Assembly (NCBI GenBank): GCA_010093705.1 | Contig: MU006114.1 | Span: 124,001 to 188,000, forward strand | Source of the DNA: Patellaria atrata CBS 101060 | Lineage: Eukaryota | DNA length: 64,000 nucleotides | Direction of reading: 5' to 3' | In this document: one piece after another, positions 26,313 to 39,500 of the stretch | How positions within the stretch are numbered: the stretch's first letter is position 1 | Layout: every line of letters starts with the position of its first letter | Position numbers and translations under genes: made by a program | The notes under the pieces: model-generated | What the model was told of the DNA's origin: nothing | The model's input: only the letters and a program-made list of their open reading frames with translations | The model's database searches: none

Positions 26313-27010
26313 ATGATTAATGTTCTCTTTCTGATTTTAAAAGCGGACTTTGACGGCGTTCAAAGTAGATGGAGGGTGGTTCTCCCTCGCGGGAAACTGG
26401 TGGGCTTATGACCTTCAGGCGCAAACATTTATCAACAGAACATGGCCTGCATGATCAGCAGCGGTTTCTGCTAATCTGAAACATTAATGCATACTCCGTG
26501 AGGGGCTTGGCTGGCTGATGTGTTGGTCGAAGTTGTGTGGAACTAGTGTGAGGGTTTTGTTGTGACTCGCTTGAACGACCGACGACCTTTCTCCCATCGA
26601 GAGCTCCGCATTCTTCCTCCCACCCATACTCCTCCACAACAAAACAACAACTGCAATAACTTGACAACCGCGTAAGTAAATTGGAGCGCGTCTTTGATTT
26701 TCAGAATCGCCGTCTCGAATAAACTGTAGGTAAGCTATTTTTATTCTTTGTTTTATCGCGCGCGCGAAGTTGTTTATCATACGTCGTCCCGCGCGCAACC
26801 TGCTTTTCCCCCCCAGCCGCCCGCCTGCTTTCTTCCGACCTGCGCATTCCTTATTTCGACCCCCATACACCGTTTCCAAACGCGTCTACAAGTTCATCAC
26901 CTGTCTATCTATCTCAGAAACAAAATAAATATAAAAGTAATCACCGTTCTTACCTCTACACCAGCTTATCCCAACACACACGTCACTCCGCGATTATATC
27001 ACCGCCCCCA

Positions 27011-27516
27011 ATGGCAGCAACTCGCTCCGCAACGGGCCACTCGCGCCCACGCGTCTTCCCGCAGCCCACCGAGCCCGCCGCTACCACTACCACGGCGAAG
27101 AAGCCTGCCACAGGTGCCAGGAAGAAGACGGCCGCGACCGCGAAGGCGAACACGAGCAAACCGCGCGCGAAGACTACTACCGGCGGACGGGTGACGAAGA
27201 AGAGCGCCCCGAAGAAGGCGACGGAGAAGGTTGCGGAGAAGGCAGAGAAGGCGAAGGAAGTTGTGGAGGAGAAGGTCGAAGGGGCTAAGGAGACGGTCGA
27301 GGGAGAGACTACGAAGGAGAAGAAGGTATGTTTGTTTTCTGATTTGTACTTCTCGTTGTTTGGAGGGAGGATGCGCGGGAAATGAGACGCGTTGTTTGTG
27401 AATTGGTGGGCTTTGAAGCTGTTGCTGATGTTTCCTAGGCTGCTGGCACTACGAAGGCGAAGACTGCTAAGCCTAAGACTGCTCCCAAGTCGAAGACCGC
27501 GAAGGCTGCTTCGTAA
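27011..27516 (+). CDS. Small basic Lys/Ala/Thr-rich protein (~130 aa) of unknown function
   Basis: Strong codon bias. Intron 27326-27438 (GTATGT...GCTGAT...CCTAG) joins TTKEKK to AAGTTKAKTAKPKTAPKSKTAKAAS*. TATA-like ATATAAAA at about 26929. Confidence 0.8.
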
Positions 27517-28511
27517 GTCTCGCGCTTGGGGGATTAATGGAGAGATGGGCAGAAGGGCGTCTCAAGGCGTTCGACTGGGATCGTGTATGTGTGGGTATGG
27601 GACGGGGGAAGTGGGATCGACAATATTATTATGCTCGTTGCGCGCTCTAAGACATCGGGCGTTGTAAGATGGGGGAATTCATGGTGGTAATGATGGGACC
27701 GAAACGTTTGGGAGTTTTTCATTCGTCATTCCCCTTGGTTTCTGCTTGTGTTTGTTCTTCAGTTATCTGTCTTTCTCCCTCGTGATTCATGAATGGGTAT
27801 CATGCGGGGTTTGTTTTTTCTTTTTCTCCGCTGTTGAGGGATTGATATATGCTTGGATGGATGGACGTGGGATATCAGTATCGGCTTAACTCAATCGTAC
27901 GATACCCCGTGTCTGTTGAGTGGCAATCGGTGTTTCCCGTCCTAACTCGTGTCTCGTCCCTTAATACATACGAACAATCTGTTTTCTTGCATAGGTCTGC
28001 TTTACTGGAACCTGCTGGACGTACCCCTCCTTCTCTAAAATCCTTTCTTCTTCCACCACCTTTCTCCTCGTCCCCTATCCCTGAGCCCTCTCCATGTCTC
28101 TGCGCATGCTTTAACGCACCACCGCAGCATTTCCTCAAGCTATTCTCCGACCTCACAGCTCAACGGCAAACCCCATATCCCTGCCTCAACCTCCCGCTCC
28201 CAACTCATGAGACTTTTCCCACAGTAAGGTACAATTCCTCGCATACCGTATTCCACAAACACCTCATACAACAGCGCGGGGCCCTACACAGTCCATATTC
28301 ATGTCCACTACAGCCAGAAAACCACATCGTCAACCGTATAATTCGTCCTCCTGTTTCTCTCCTCTGTCCTCTCTTCAACAGCGCATTCGATGCTTGGGTG
28401 TTAGTCGATATGGCTTCCCCTCTCTTCCCCTCCAGGAAAGCGAAAAAAAAAGGAAAGGAAAGGCCCGTATACTTTCCTTCCGAGAGTTCGATGTTGGGTA
28501 CTATTCTAATT

Positions 28512-28632
28512 TCTACTCTCTACTCTCTACTCTCTACTCTCTACTCTCTACTCTCTACTCTCTACTCTCTACTCTCTACTCTCTACCCTCTACTCTCTAC
28601 CCTCTACTCCTACTCTCTACCCTCTACCCTCT
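28512..28632. repeat. Heptanucleotide microsatellite (CTACTCT)n, degenerating at the 3' end
   Basis: Visible directly in the sequence. Produces LYSLLST repeats in spurious ORFs. Confidence 0.95.
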
Positions 28633-28825
28633 CTCCCCGGCAACCTCCATCCCAGTCCATCCTCCCATCATTCTCCAGGCACACAAAATCAGCCAACTGT
28701 CAAACCATGCAAAAGAAACCCCAACATCTACATCCGCCATCCTTCGTTCATTTCTTTCGTTGCTGTTTTCGTTGAGGGTGTGAATCGTGACTATACGGAA
28801 CGGTATCTTACCTGCTAGTGCATCT

Positions 28826-28850
28826 TCTGATTCTGATTCTGATTCTGATT
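28826..28850. repeat. (TCTGAT)4 short tandem repeat
   Basis: TCTGATTCTGATTCTGATTCTGAT seen directly. Confidence 0.85.
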
Positions 28851-29409
28851 CCGGTTCTGGTAAATGAGAGGTGAGAGACGTTGGATGCTATGTCGAATGA
28901 TAAATGTGGACCTCACGCCCCAGTTAAGTTAAGTTAAGTTGGGTTAAGTTCAATTCCCTTCCCCTTGTTTGATTGTAGGAAAGTCATGTGCTACATTACT
29001 CTACTTTACTTTACCTTGTTTTACAGCCTGTCAATGAACAATCGATGCACATTCGACATATGTGACCTCGCCGAGTATAAAGGGGTTACAATACCAAAGA
29101 ACGGCTTAACAATCACTGGTTACCTTATACTATACACACGATATAAGACTTTTATTCTTTATTCTTCAATGTGCTGGTATTCTGATATTCTGATACAGAT
29201 AATACAATTTCCATTCCACTCCATCCAGTCTTCGCCAAAAGCACGAGGCTCTACAGGATCCAAAAGCGCCCAACCGACGCCTACCATGTAGAACAATGAA
29301 AAGACAATGAGATGAAGTCTAACGCCGTACCCCAACTCAGCTCCATTGACATGCAAAATGAACGACTGGTAAACATGCGCCCACTACGCCTTCCCCCTTC
29401 GCACAGCTC

Positions 29410-31058
29410 TCAACTCTCCAGCTTAAACTCCCTCGTCATCTCCTCGCCATCCCCAGCACCAGCCCAAGTCCTCACCTCCTCCACGAGCGGAAACCAATTC
29501 CTAACCTTACACTCCCTCCCACTTGGACATATATCCACCCTGCCGAGATCCTTGAACCTCGGGCCCAGCGGCCCGGTGACATAATGATACTGGCCCGCAA
29601 ATTGATACTGTCTCGGATCGCTGAGGGGATATACCTTATCGCCCCAGTGACCGTCAAAGAAGAACCAATTGGTGGGTGCCTTGGGCGTGAAGTTGGAGGC
29701 GCGCAGCGTGTCGTTCAGGACGTCGTAGGTGTATGCGTGCGTGTTGAGGGATGGATCCCAGAGGGGGCCTTTGTCCGTGACGTCGTGGAGGAGACCCCAC
29801 GGGAGGACGTACGGATGCACGCCGGGACGGGCATACATGGCGTGTGTGCCTGTGGCAGAGTATACGACGGGCTGGCGGGTGCATTAGTAGAGATTCAAAT
29901 TCAACAGTCCTGGATGAAGTGGCTTACCCTCTTTCCGATCTTCTCGACCGCGTTGTAGCTGAACGCTTCGCCGAAGTTGTGTTCGCTGAACCATACGGCT
30001 TTTGGCTTCCCGTTGTGGAATCGGATGGCGGAATGTTCCCAGTCGCCTACGTGGTTCCCGAAACGGACGTTGAACACGACGTTTCCGAGGTTGTAACTGT
30101 AGAAGTAGAACCAGAAGGCATCTACGACCCCTTTACCCTTCGGTACGACGACTAGAACGGCTGGCGCGTCACTCCGCCCACCTACCACTCTTTTTCCAAA
30201 GGTGTATTGGGGTATATGCTCCTCGCCTTCGTTGATATGAGTAGGAATAGGGGCTTCGGATGCGCTCGGGTGCGACCTGGGGCTACCTCGGTCAACTGCA
30301 TTCCCTTCCCTGGCTTCAACCCATTCGTTGGTGTTCTCATCTGGTGTTCCGCCTCCTATCATCCCATGCCAATCTGCCCATGTTTTCGAATGCGAACCTT
30401 CGGGATCATCGTCATCGTCATCTCCTCCATTAGGACTACTGGGTATGTTCTGCTTTCCGCCTAACCAATCAGGACGCTCTTCAACGTTATCATCGCTTTT
30501 GAGATACACAAATCGCCCATAATCGTTCAAATCGGCCAAATTGGTCAAACTTGGGTGATCCCACGGTGCGCGTATAGGGGTGTAATTCAGATGAGGGGTA
30601 GTATGAATAATGTGCTCCGCGATATCACACGGCCAGAATTTCTCGCCCGAGTATAAATGTACATAAGGCGCATAGTCGTACACATATTGGGGTATCTCTC
30701 GTAGAGCTTGCTCTTCCTCCGACCAATCCTTGGGATTGGACTCGCCGCTGGTCCAGAATGCAGATGCGTCTATCTTCTCATGATTATCCTCTAGAATCAC
30801 CTGTTCATGTGCCCAACCGATGCTAGGTTTTGAATTGATCCACTCCGAGTTTCTCAGATGCTCTGCGCCACATATCCCTAGCCATTCGCATGTCTTACGG
30901 TTGAACCACGAATGTGAAGTTTCTATCCAAGACTTCTCTTCCACTTTTTCGGATGGAGAGGTCGAGTTATTGGATATGTGATTTGAAGCTTGGGAGGACG
31001 TAAAAAGACTAACAAGTACAGAGAGACAATATGCGGGAACTCGCTTGCCAGTGAACAT
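29410..31058 (-). CDS. VPS62: Vacuolar protein sorting-associated protein 62-like
   Basis: Motifs IPQYVYDYAPYVHLYSGEKFWP, DAFWFYFYSYNLG, FGNHVGDWEH and WFFFDGHWGD. Intron about 29872-29927 joins to PVVYSATGTHAMY. The start is uncertain: the frame stays open up to 31352. Confidence 0.88.
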
Positions 31059-32211
31059 CTCAGCAATCGATGTACTAGTAGGAACATCCACGCTCAGAGT
31101 GGTAGACACGAGAGCTTGGTTTGATATGCGCTCTATAGGAGATTCTAAGAATGGTTCAGGCCAATGCTGAATGTCCACTGCCGGTGTTGGTGCGTCGCGA
31201 AAAGGATTGGAAGCCGTTAAGGCGGTATTATAAGAGTCGCTGGTAACGGAAGGGAATTCGGACGATATCAAAGTGGTGGATGGTATAAAAGAAGGCGCTG
31301 GAGGTAAGGGATTGAGCGGTACCTGCCCGCCATATTGGACAAGAACTGGCACTATGCAGCATATGTCGTTAGCACAAACAATTCATCTCTATCATGGGTA
31401 GGTGGCATTGTACTAGTCTTGTATGGTCTTTCCCAGTGTCGATAGATCCGAAAGATTATAAACTATAATCCAATGCTAGTAACAACCGGGAGTAACGTTC
31501 GATATGTTAAGAGTGTACTGAAGAAGAGAAGTTGATTGGGATGGAAGCTGCGAAAGGTGAATAGGTATGAAGAGCCTCAGCATTGGTATAAAGACTCGTT
31601 CGGCAATATTTTCTGGTCGAGAATGGGAGACTGCGAATAGGATATTCGATGATGTGAAGCTGGAAGTACGAGAGTTATTGGTGAATAGGCAGTGGAACAA
31701 GGTGGTGACCTGAATGGAGGATGATGATGTATAGGTTTCAGCCGGAGAAAAGAGGATTGCGTCAACTTATGTTGGCGGCTATGAAGGCTATACTTTAAGG
31801 TCAAAGAAAGGAAATATTTGTTACATGGAAAGATCTAATTGAGTAGTATTGTACATACATATTAAGGATACAAGTAATGTGTAGAGTAATGAGTCTCGCG
31901 CAGGAAGAGACGTGTCAGTCCGATCTTCAGCCCTGTGACGCAAAGGCAGGGAAGCAGCAGGACGATAGAGCTTGGCAGGGAAGCTCTTGTTTTTGCCATA
32001 TCTACAAAGTACCTCAAGGTACTGTATGGGAACATCTTCACTATTTCGATAAAACAGATGGGAAGAATTATCAGATAAATTTGCAAGCCTTCACACTGAT
32101 GTAGCCTACCCCGCCCTTGGTAGCAACTCATGTTCGTTTCTCTTCCAGCCGCAATGGAATTTTCCTCTACACATATATCGAGTCAACCCAATCCCATCTC
32201 GAGTTATAGCA

Positions 32212-33741
32212 ATGGCTGAATCAACCCGACCTCTTCCTGACGCCGATGATGAGTCTGAATGGGAATACGAATATGACGAGAATGAGACAGAGGTATCATC
32301 TAATACCCTTCAAGAAATTTATCAACTATTCTAAGAAACATAACAGGAATTCTACTTCACCCTCGACCTTACCTCCAACACTGTCCCTCATCCAATGGAC
32401 AAACCGCGAGGCCGATATATGGCAAATCCCTTCTCTGGCGCCTCCTCAATATTTCACGCCGATGGTAGAGTAACAGTTCTCGATGAAGACGATTCTTCAT
32501 ATCAGGCCAATGGAGCCGCGTCTTCAAGTAACAAGATCCAATTCCTCGATCTTCACACCTCCAACCCGCTTGTCATGCACAACGAGCGACTTTATACCTG
32601 CACCTGGGCCCAACCCATAGGGACAACCCTCGCCTTCGCGCGAAAGCGACCCAATCCAGAACCGGCGGCGACACTCGCGCCTGCACATACATCCTCTCCG
32701 AGCACTAACCACCAACCTATCTCCACCACCGCAACTAAATCAGCCCCACCCCTCTACACTCTTCCGACCTTCAAACTTCATACAACCACACCTCTCCACC
32801 TGCTTGCGGAATCAGCGGAACTACGCCCTCGCCCACCGAAGAGGAAAGCTCCCAACCGCACTGCCCCCTCAGCAACTACCAATGGGGCCAGCATAACCGC
32901 GGACGCCGCTACCCCCATCGAAGATGACCCCATAACCACCAACAAAGCTTCCGCCGCAACCAACGCGTCTCCCACACCACCCAACGAGACCACCACACCC
33001 GCCATCGACCCCCCCACACTCATTAACGATGCCAACACCCCCACCAACGTGCCTCCCATCACCGCCGCCGAGACCTCCATAACCACCGACGCAACCACCA
33101 CCTTTCCCCCACCCCACCCCAACTCCTTCCCAACCCCCCTCACCGCAACCCCCGCCCAACGCGCCCAAGCCTCCTTCCTCGCCCGCCTCCAAGCCCTCAA
33201 GACCGCAAAAGGCCACACTGACACCGTCGGCCTGCACCACGCGCGCATGCAGACACAGATCCACCCCAAGAACCCGGGCTGGTATTTCGACGATGACGAC
33301 GACGATGGCGCGGGATACGACGGCGAGGATTTGAGCATCGATATGCGGGATCGGGGGATCGAGGATGTTGTTGCGGGGGCGGAGGCGGTGGGAAGGGGGA
33401 CGAGGAGGAGGGGGGTGAGGGGTGCGACTGGACACGGGAAGGGGGACGGGGATGTGGGAAGGGATGGGGTGGGAGAGAAGGATACGGGAGATTGGGATCG
33501 CGAGAGTGAGGGCGGTGGGAATTGGATCCCGGCAAGGGGGGAGGTGAGCAGGAGGAGGAGGGCTAGGGGTGTCATGGAGGACTTGGTGGGGAGGGGATCG
33601 ACGCCTTTGACGCGAGATGGTGCTGAATCTGTCCCAGCGCCGGGTCCGGGTCTTGCGCGAGAGGGTGAGGCGGAAATGGCACGTGTGGAAGCCGCACGCA
33701 CCGACGGAGAGGGGGATGTCGATATGTCAGACGCAATCTAG
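32212..33741 (+). CDS. TFIIIC subunit with triple-barrel domain (Tfc7/Sfc7/GTF3C6-like) and long low-complexity tail
   Basis: Exon MAEST...DESEWEYEYDENETE, intron 32293-32346, then EFYFTLDL. IQFLDLHTSNPLVMHNERLYTCTWAQPIGTTLAF matches the TFIIIC sub6 signature. Confidence 0.8.
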
Positions 33742-33753
33742 GTATAACACTCC

Positions 33754-33856
33754 ATAACAATACCAATAACAATACCAATAACAATACCAATACCAATACC
33801 AATACCAATACCAATATCAATACCAATATCAATACCAATATCAATACCAATGCCAA
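33754..33856. repeat. Hexanucleotide microsatellite (ATACCA/ATAACA/ATATCA)n
   Basis: Visible directly, just after the TFIIIC-subunit stop codon. Confidence 0.95.
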
Positions 33857-34360
33857 CATACCCATCCGACACGAGACCATCACATCAAAGAACAACGACG
33901 TATAAATATATAATCCGCTCCCATTGTCTAGCCTAACCGGGTATCATCCACATCCCCATCCAAATATATCGTACGTAAGGTGAAACACCGCTTTACAATA
34001 CAAATTCCTAAGGTTGGTACTGTACCTTAGGGAGTTTCTATAATCTATTCCCCCCCCAATATAGCATATAACACCAACCCCTAAACCTTGCGCTCGACCT
34101 AAATAAGGTAATTCACTCATACTCCACTTCACGCGTAAAGAGCCCACATCAATTGTTCCATAAATACCGGAAGGGGGGGGGGACCGGTTTTCCGCAGTGA
34201 AAAACTCGAATCGTGACGATGATTTCTCCACCCTACCTAACCCCCACCCCTTCCCCCACCTCACCCGACCTCCTCCTCTTCCCCCCCAAAAAAATAAGGT
34301 GTAAAAGTTAAGAAAGAAATCGTGTAGGGTAGTATTGTAACGGGATGGGTAGGTGCGGGG

Positions 34361-36592
34361 TCAAGGATAATCCACGACATCCTCCGGATCCTCAGTCGGC
34401 AGCATATCAAGTATATTCTTCGTTCTCGGCCCGGTATAAATCCTTCACACACACTATTAGCTTCTCTAACATAAAAAACCGGGGGAGCACCAAAAAGAAA
34501 AGAAAAAAAAAAATCTGCCAAACCCGGGGACAAAATGAGATGGGGGTATACGTACTTCCTCGCCCTCAACCACCACCAAGCCATACTAAACGCGCCGATA
34601 AACGCAGCGACGCAGATGGCGTAGTTCATATTCGTCGGTGTGACCGGTCTCACGGTCGGGAAGAACAACACCACGCTGATGAAGACGACCCAGGTGACCG
34701 CCACCGCGTTGACGGGCTTGCTCCAGCGGCCCATGGTATACGGGCCTTCGATAAACTGGACGCGGGACTCGTAGACGCGGTGGGCGACTATGACGGCGAT
34801 GTAGGAGAGGTCGAGGGCCGGGGCCGTGATGTTGAAGATTGCGATGATGGTTTGGGAGGACCCGATGCCGATGAGGTTCAGCGAGGAGCAGAAGATCACG
34901 ACGAGCCAGACTGCGTTTACGGGCGTGTTGGTGTGGGCGTTTATTTTGGACCAGAAGCTGAAGTTGTCAGTTCGGGGCTCATAATCTCCCTTTTCCGTTA
35001 CATGGGACGGGAGACAGAGGGGGAGCATACCTGGAGAAAGGAAAAGCTTCGTCCCTCGCAAAAGCGTAGGCCATGCGCGCGTTTGCGAGCATGGCGGAGC
35101 AGCCGGTGAAGAACTGGACGAGGATGACGAAGAACCACATTACGGTTCCGCCGGTCTTGCCGCCGGCGTTCAGGAAGATCTGGGCGACGGGGAGGCCGGT
35201 GGGGGAGTGGACGATGGCGTCGTAGTCGGAGATGCAGAAGCAGAATGTTACTGTTAGCATCCAGCCTACGACGCCGGATACGAGGACAGCGACTCTGATG
35301 GCGAGGGGACCGCGGATGGCGGCATCGTGCGTCTCTTCGGACATGCTGTGGATTTGTTAGAGCTTAAAGTTCTTGATGTCCTTCAGGGTAGACTTACTGG
35401 GTTGTCCCGTCGTAATCTGTCATGGTCCATGCGACTGACAGGAATCTAGGTGAAGTTAACTTTGAAATTGTGGTGGAATTATGCTTAATACGAACCCTAG
35501 GAGGAAAGAAAAGCCTTTACTACCCCATCCAGAACCGTCTACCACATGGGTGAAAACCCATTTCGCGCTTTGCAATTCAGGGGTAAGGATTAAGAGGGCA
35601 ATGCAAATCGAGATGGAGGCGATAACTGCACGCTCAGGGTTAGTACTACTCATGTATATCAAGTTATACGAGGTAGTGAGCTTACTATTAATGGGAGCAA
35701 ACCACATAACAATTTTGTGTAATGATCTCGTAGTAAGTGAGCAAATTACGCCAAAGAGACTCAAAACCAAGATGGCTAAGAGCACAGTCTGAAGTGAAGT
35801 CCTGTACACCCCGTCAGATATGTTGCTGTAGTGAAGACATTCAGAAGAACTCACGGCGCGAAAGAATACTCTCCATCAACAAAATCTGAATGCATGACTG
35901 CGGCAGCAAGAATCATTTGGCCAATCGTATATGCCAGGCTGGCTACTCCAGCAGCTTGACCAAGGAAATTGCACCATCCGATGATCCAGGCCCAAATAGC
36001 TACATGCTCCTTGGGTACAACATGTTTCGTTACGAAGTACATGCCGCCCGCGGTAGGGTAAGCGGAGACCAGCTCTGCCACTGCTCGATTGTTAGAACTC
36101 AACTCTTATCTTTCAGAACCGTTAGTATGATAAGTAGGGGATAACGTACCTGAACTTGCTATACACATAGCCATAATACTACCTATGAACCAAGCCCACA
36201 CGGCCGTCGCCGGTCCACCGGTTGAAATGGGACTTCCGAATGTAGCAGGAACGGAACCAAGCACACCCAGAATGGAAATCGCATATGAAACAGTCGACCA
36301 TTTGTTAAACTCTCTTCTAAGTTCCTTCGATATCATTAGAATCAGGATCTTCTTGAGAATCTTTTTCAGCATTAGAACATACCTGCTTGTAACCTATGCG
36401 AGCGAGTAACCGCTCATCGTCATCTTGAATTGTCGCCATAGTACGCCGTTGGTGTGAGGCAGGGTTACCAACACCTGCTTCTGCTGCTTTCGAGCTCTTT
36501 GAATCGGTGGGTAATAGTCCTTGACCGACAGTAGTGAAATGCGGTTTCTCGGAATTACTGCCGGGACTTGAATTTGAATCTGTTTTCGCCAT
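34361..36592 (-). CDS. APC-superfamily amino-acid/GABA/polyamine permease (Uga4/Tpo5-like), multi-intron
   Basis: Motifs LARIGYKQ/ELRREF, GGPATAVWAW, AELVSAYPTAGGMYF, AWTMTDYD, MSEET, RMAYAFARD and MNYA. Last intron about 34443-34555, then KIYTGPRTK...DYP* with the stop at 34361-34363. Confidence 0.9.
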
Positions 36593-39500
36593 TGTGAATG
36601 AAATGTCTCAATTCATCTACGTAGGAAATAATAGAACGGGTCAAGGTAAGAGAGGGAGATAGAGAGAGATGAATTATCTTTTTTTATGGTGTGGTATCAG
36701 ACAGTGGATTCACATTGACGAAAATGGAATCGTTCGAGTGGTCAAAATAGGGAAAGGGCATCTGGCTGCGGAGATTGCGGAATTGGAATGCGCATCACAA
36801 CTATAACGGGGGGGACAAGGAGGAATAAAAGAGAAAGGAATAAAAGAGAAAAGGAAAAAGTACTTTTTGATGTGTTTTGCCAATCGGCGACGCAACCCAG
36901 GAGTAGTACGAAGTGATATGCGCTAGGCCTATGGGAAGAAAGCAGGAGTCAAGGTGATTTCTCAATAGATCCTGTCAACTAAGGAGGAAGAACTTCCGAC
37001 ATGGCACTCCATCAGTACCGTCTAGTAGCAAAACTACCTAGTAGGGTCAGGGTTGCCAGACTCCGTGTCTAGGGTACCAGAAAGTCATGCTCGACACGTG
37101 CAACACTGCGGTGAAAGAAAGCGTCTTGTATTGGTGAGTCTCGTCTGGAGTGGATTAGAGGGGGAAACGGCGACGGGATGATGGGACGATGGATGGGTAG
37201 TGAGAACGGAGTGGGGGGGTTGAAATGGATCGCGGAATTATTCTGGCTGATCTTGAAATACTCAAGGTACTTTTTTTTTTTTTTTTTTGCAAGATCAGTC
37301 TGAAAGGTGTACAGGTACAGTACTATACCATGCATGGGGTTGGCGAAGAGGCGGAAGATGGCATTGTCATGGCAAAAGGGAAGGATGCCGTTCGGTTGTC
37401 GGTTCATCGAAATTTTTCTGGTCAAGGGGTACGGTAGAACTACTAGTAGAAAAGGACTCAAGGCTGAAAGAGCCCAACCCTTGTACTAAGAACATTCGCG
37501 TCTATCGAAACAAGTTCTTGCATCACGTCAGGCATCACGTCAGACAATATAAACAAAAGCGGTCAAGAAAAGCATTAAAGAGGACAGGATATGCTTGCTA
37601 TCCGGAGCGTTAGACGGCGGTTGCTTCAACGGTTGCGACTCAGCGGCTATGCTTCGTCTAAAATAGTTTTGATCTTACTACGGGAGCGAAGGGAGTAGTA
37701 CGAATTATCATATCGAACACCCCAGTAATTAGATGTAGTACAGTAGAGCAGCACGTACGGGAGTACATGTACGACGGTGATAGCAACTATCGGCAAATGG
37801 TACCTGAAGCTGGCTTACACAACCCCCATAAGTAAAGATATCTAGAACAAAGGAAAGAACGCCTCAAGAAATGGATTGCCACGAAAAAGGGCAATACTAA
37901 TACCTCTGTTATACCAATCTAGCCCCACCGGCTTAGTCCTAGGAGAGCATACCACGTTTCTGCATCTTCAAGGACGCTAGTTACCTGGTCGTCGGGACAA
38001 AATTGACGGGTAGGAAGCGGTTAATGACGGGAGAGATGCTCTTGCTAAAATGAAATTCATTATCATTATCGAAAGAAGGGGAAGTCCTACAGCTTACCCC
38101 AAACGCTAGAACTAGCCCTCTATCAATCCATGGATAAGCTGCTCTCATGTAGGTGAAACGCCTAGAAGACTAGATCCCGTACACTAGGAACAGGAATCTG
38201 CCTGTTGACGTAAGTTGCTCTTTTACGGGGATCTCCAGAGTCCAGAGGAGAAGAATTGCGTGCAACTCTTCTTTTCGAAACAGACGAGCTGCCCTCTCAA
38301 GACGTTCCCGCAGCACGGAACCGAGTCGCTGTGGCATTTAATCCTCCTGCCGATCATTCAGATTTTTGACAACATCATTCTGCTCTCCCACGCATAGAAC
38401 GACCGTTGGAAGGTTGATGGAACGCTGCCCACTCGTCTATGCGGCCTCCGGCAATCTCTCCCATCTCATCCTATTCTGAGATGATTCAGATGTGTCATGC
38501 GCTCGTGCTCAAGCGCAGCGGTATCGTCTGCATATCGCGCCGCTGCTGCAGCTCGCTCCTTTGCTGAATGCCCAACTCCTCCCACATACCAGGCCGTCAA
38601 TTCCGTCTTGACGCTGGAGATTCCTTTCAGCGGTGAGGACGAGGCTAGGAACGATATAGCCTGTTTAATTGGCAGAACACACGAAAATCCCGAAGCCGTC
38701 GGGAACGGTTGGAAATCGAACAAAGCCCAGGAATATGATGAATTGCTTATCAGACCTAGTTCGGCCAGAGCTGCTTCCTGCTTCCTGCACCTAGCCGTGT
38801 GACATTCGCCTGCAGGCTACGCTTGGCTGCTACCTACTTTCAACGTACTGTATTTGATCTTGACTTTCTTTTTGAACAGAAGCCATCTGGTGCCCGTAAA
38901 TCCTGCCACGTCAGTCAGAAGCTTCAAATTAGGGACGGGACATAGCTGGCTCATTTGCTCAAAGCGACGAAGCCCGCATTATCAGCCCATGCATATGAGC
39001 TCATATGACCGTTCTGAACCTCCCACGGATACGGTCAGTATAGCGAATGAAACAATATAGATTTGAACTTCGTATTGGTTGCACGACATATTTCATGTAG
39101 GGGACGCCCTACACGATATACTCCGAGGATGAGTCCTACTAAAAATGTTTGCTAATGAATTATAGACGATCACGATGAAAGGAGCAAGATGATTACAGTA
39201 AACTCATTTTAAGACTAGAGCTCTACCGGAAATAAAATGACTATAGGTAACCCATGCGTAGGACCCAGCTAAGAAAGATCTCAATTATGGAGTCATCGGT
39301 GTCAAAGATGGAAATATGCTCATATTACATGTCTGGGGGCACATGTCAGCGGTTCGAATGTTCCGTGAAGGAAGGGAGCCTTCATCTTTGCGAACGAACT
39401 GGTTTATTGATTGATACGGACTTCAGATGAGAATTGTTTACAGGGCTGGGCTTCATCTGTTTCGGCTGACGTCGAATTTGAGATGTCGAGAGATCTAAAC

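Noticed and set aside
27849..28783. 308 aa and 160 aa ORFs with LYSLLST repeats
   Set aside because: Kept open by pyrimidine-rich DNA and the (CTACTCT)n microsatellite; no protein features.
32778..33895. Antisense ORFs, including a poly-LV 'membrane protein'
   Set aside because: Produced by C/G skew and the (ATACCA)n microsatellite.
34345..35109. 254 aa plus-strand ORF
   Set aside because: Antisense shadow of the permease 3' exons.
39340..39370. GGTTCGAAT T-loop-like motif suggesting a tRNA (also AGTTCAAACC near 58351)
   Set aside because: No cloverleaf stems or correctly spaced A-box.
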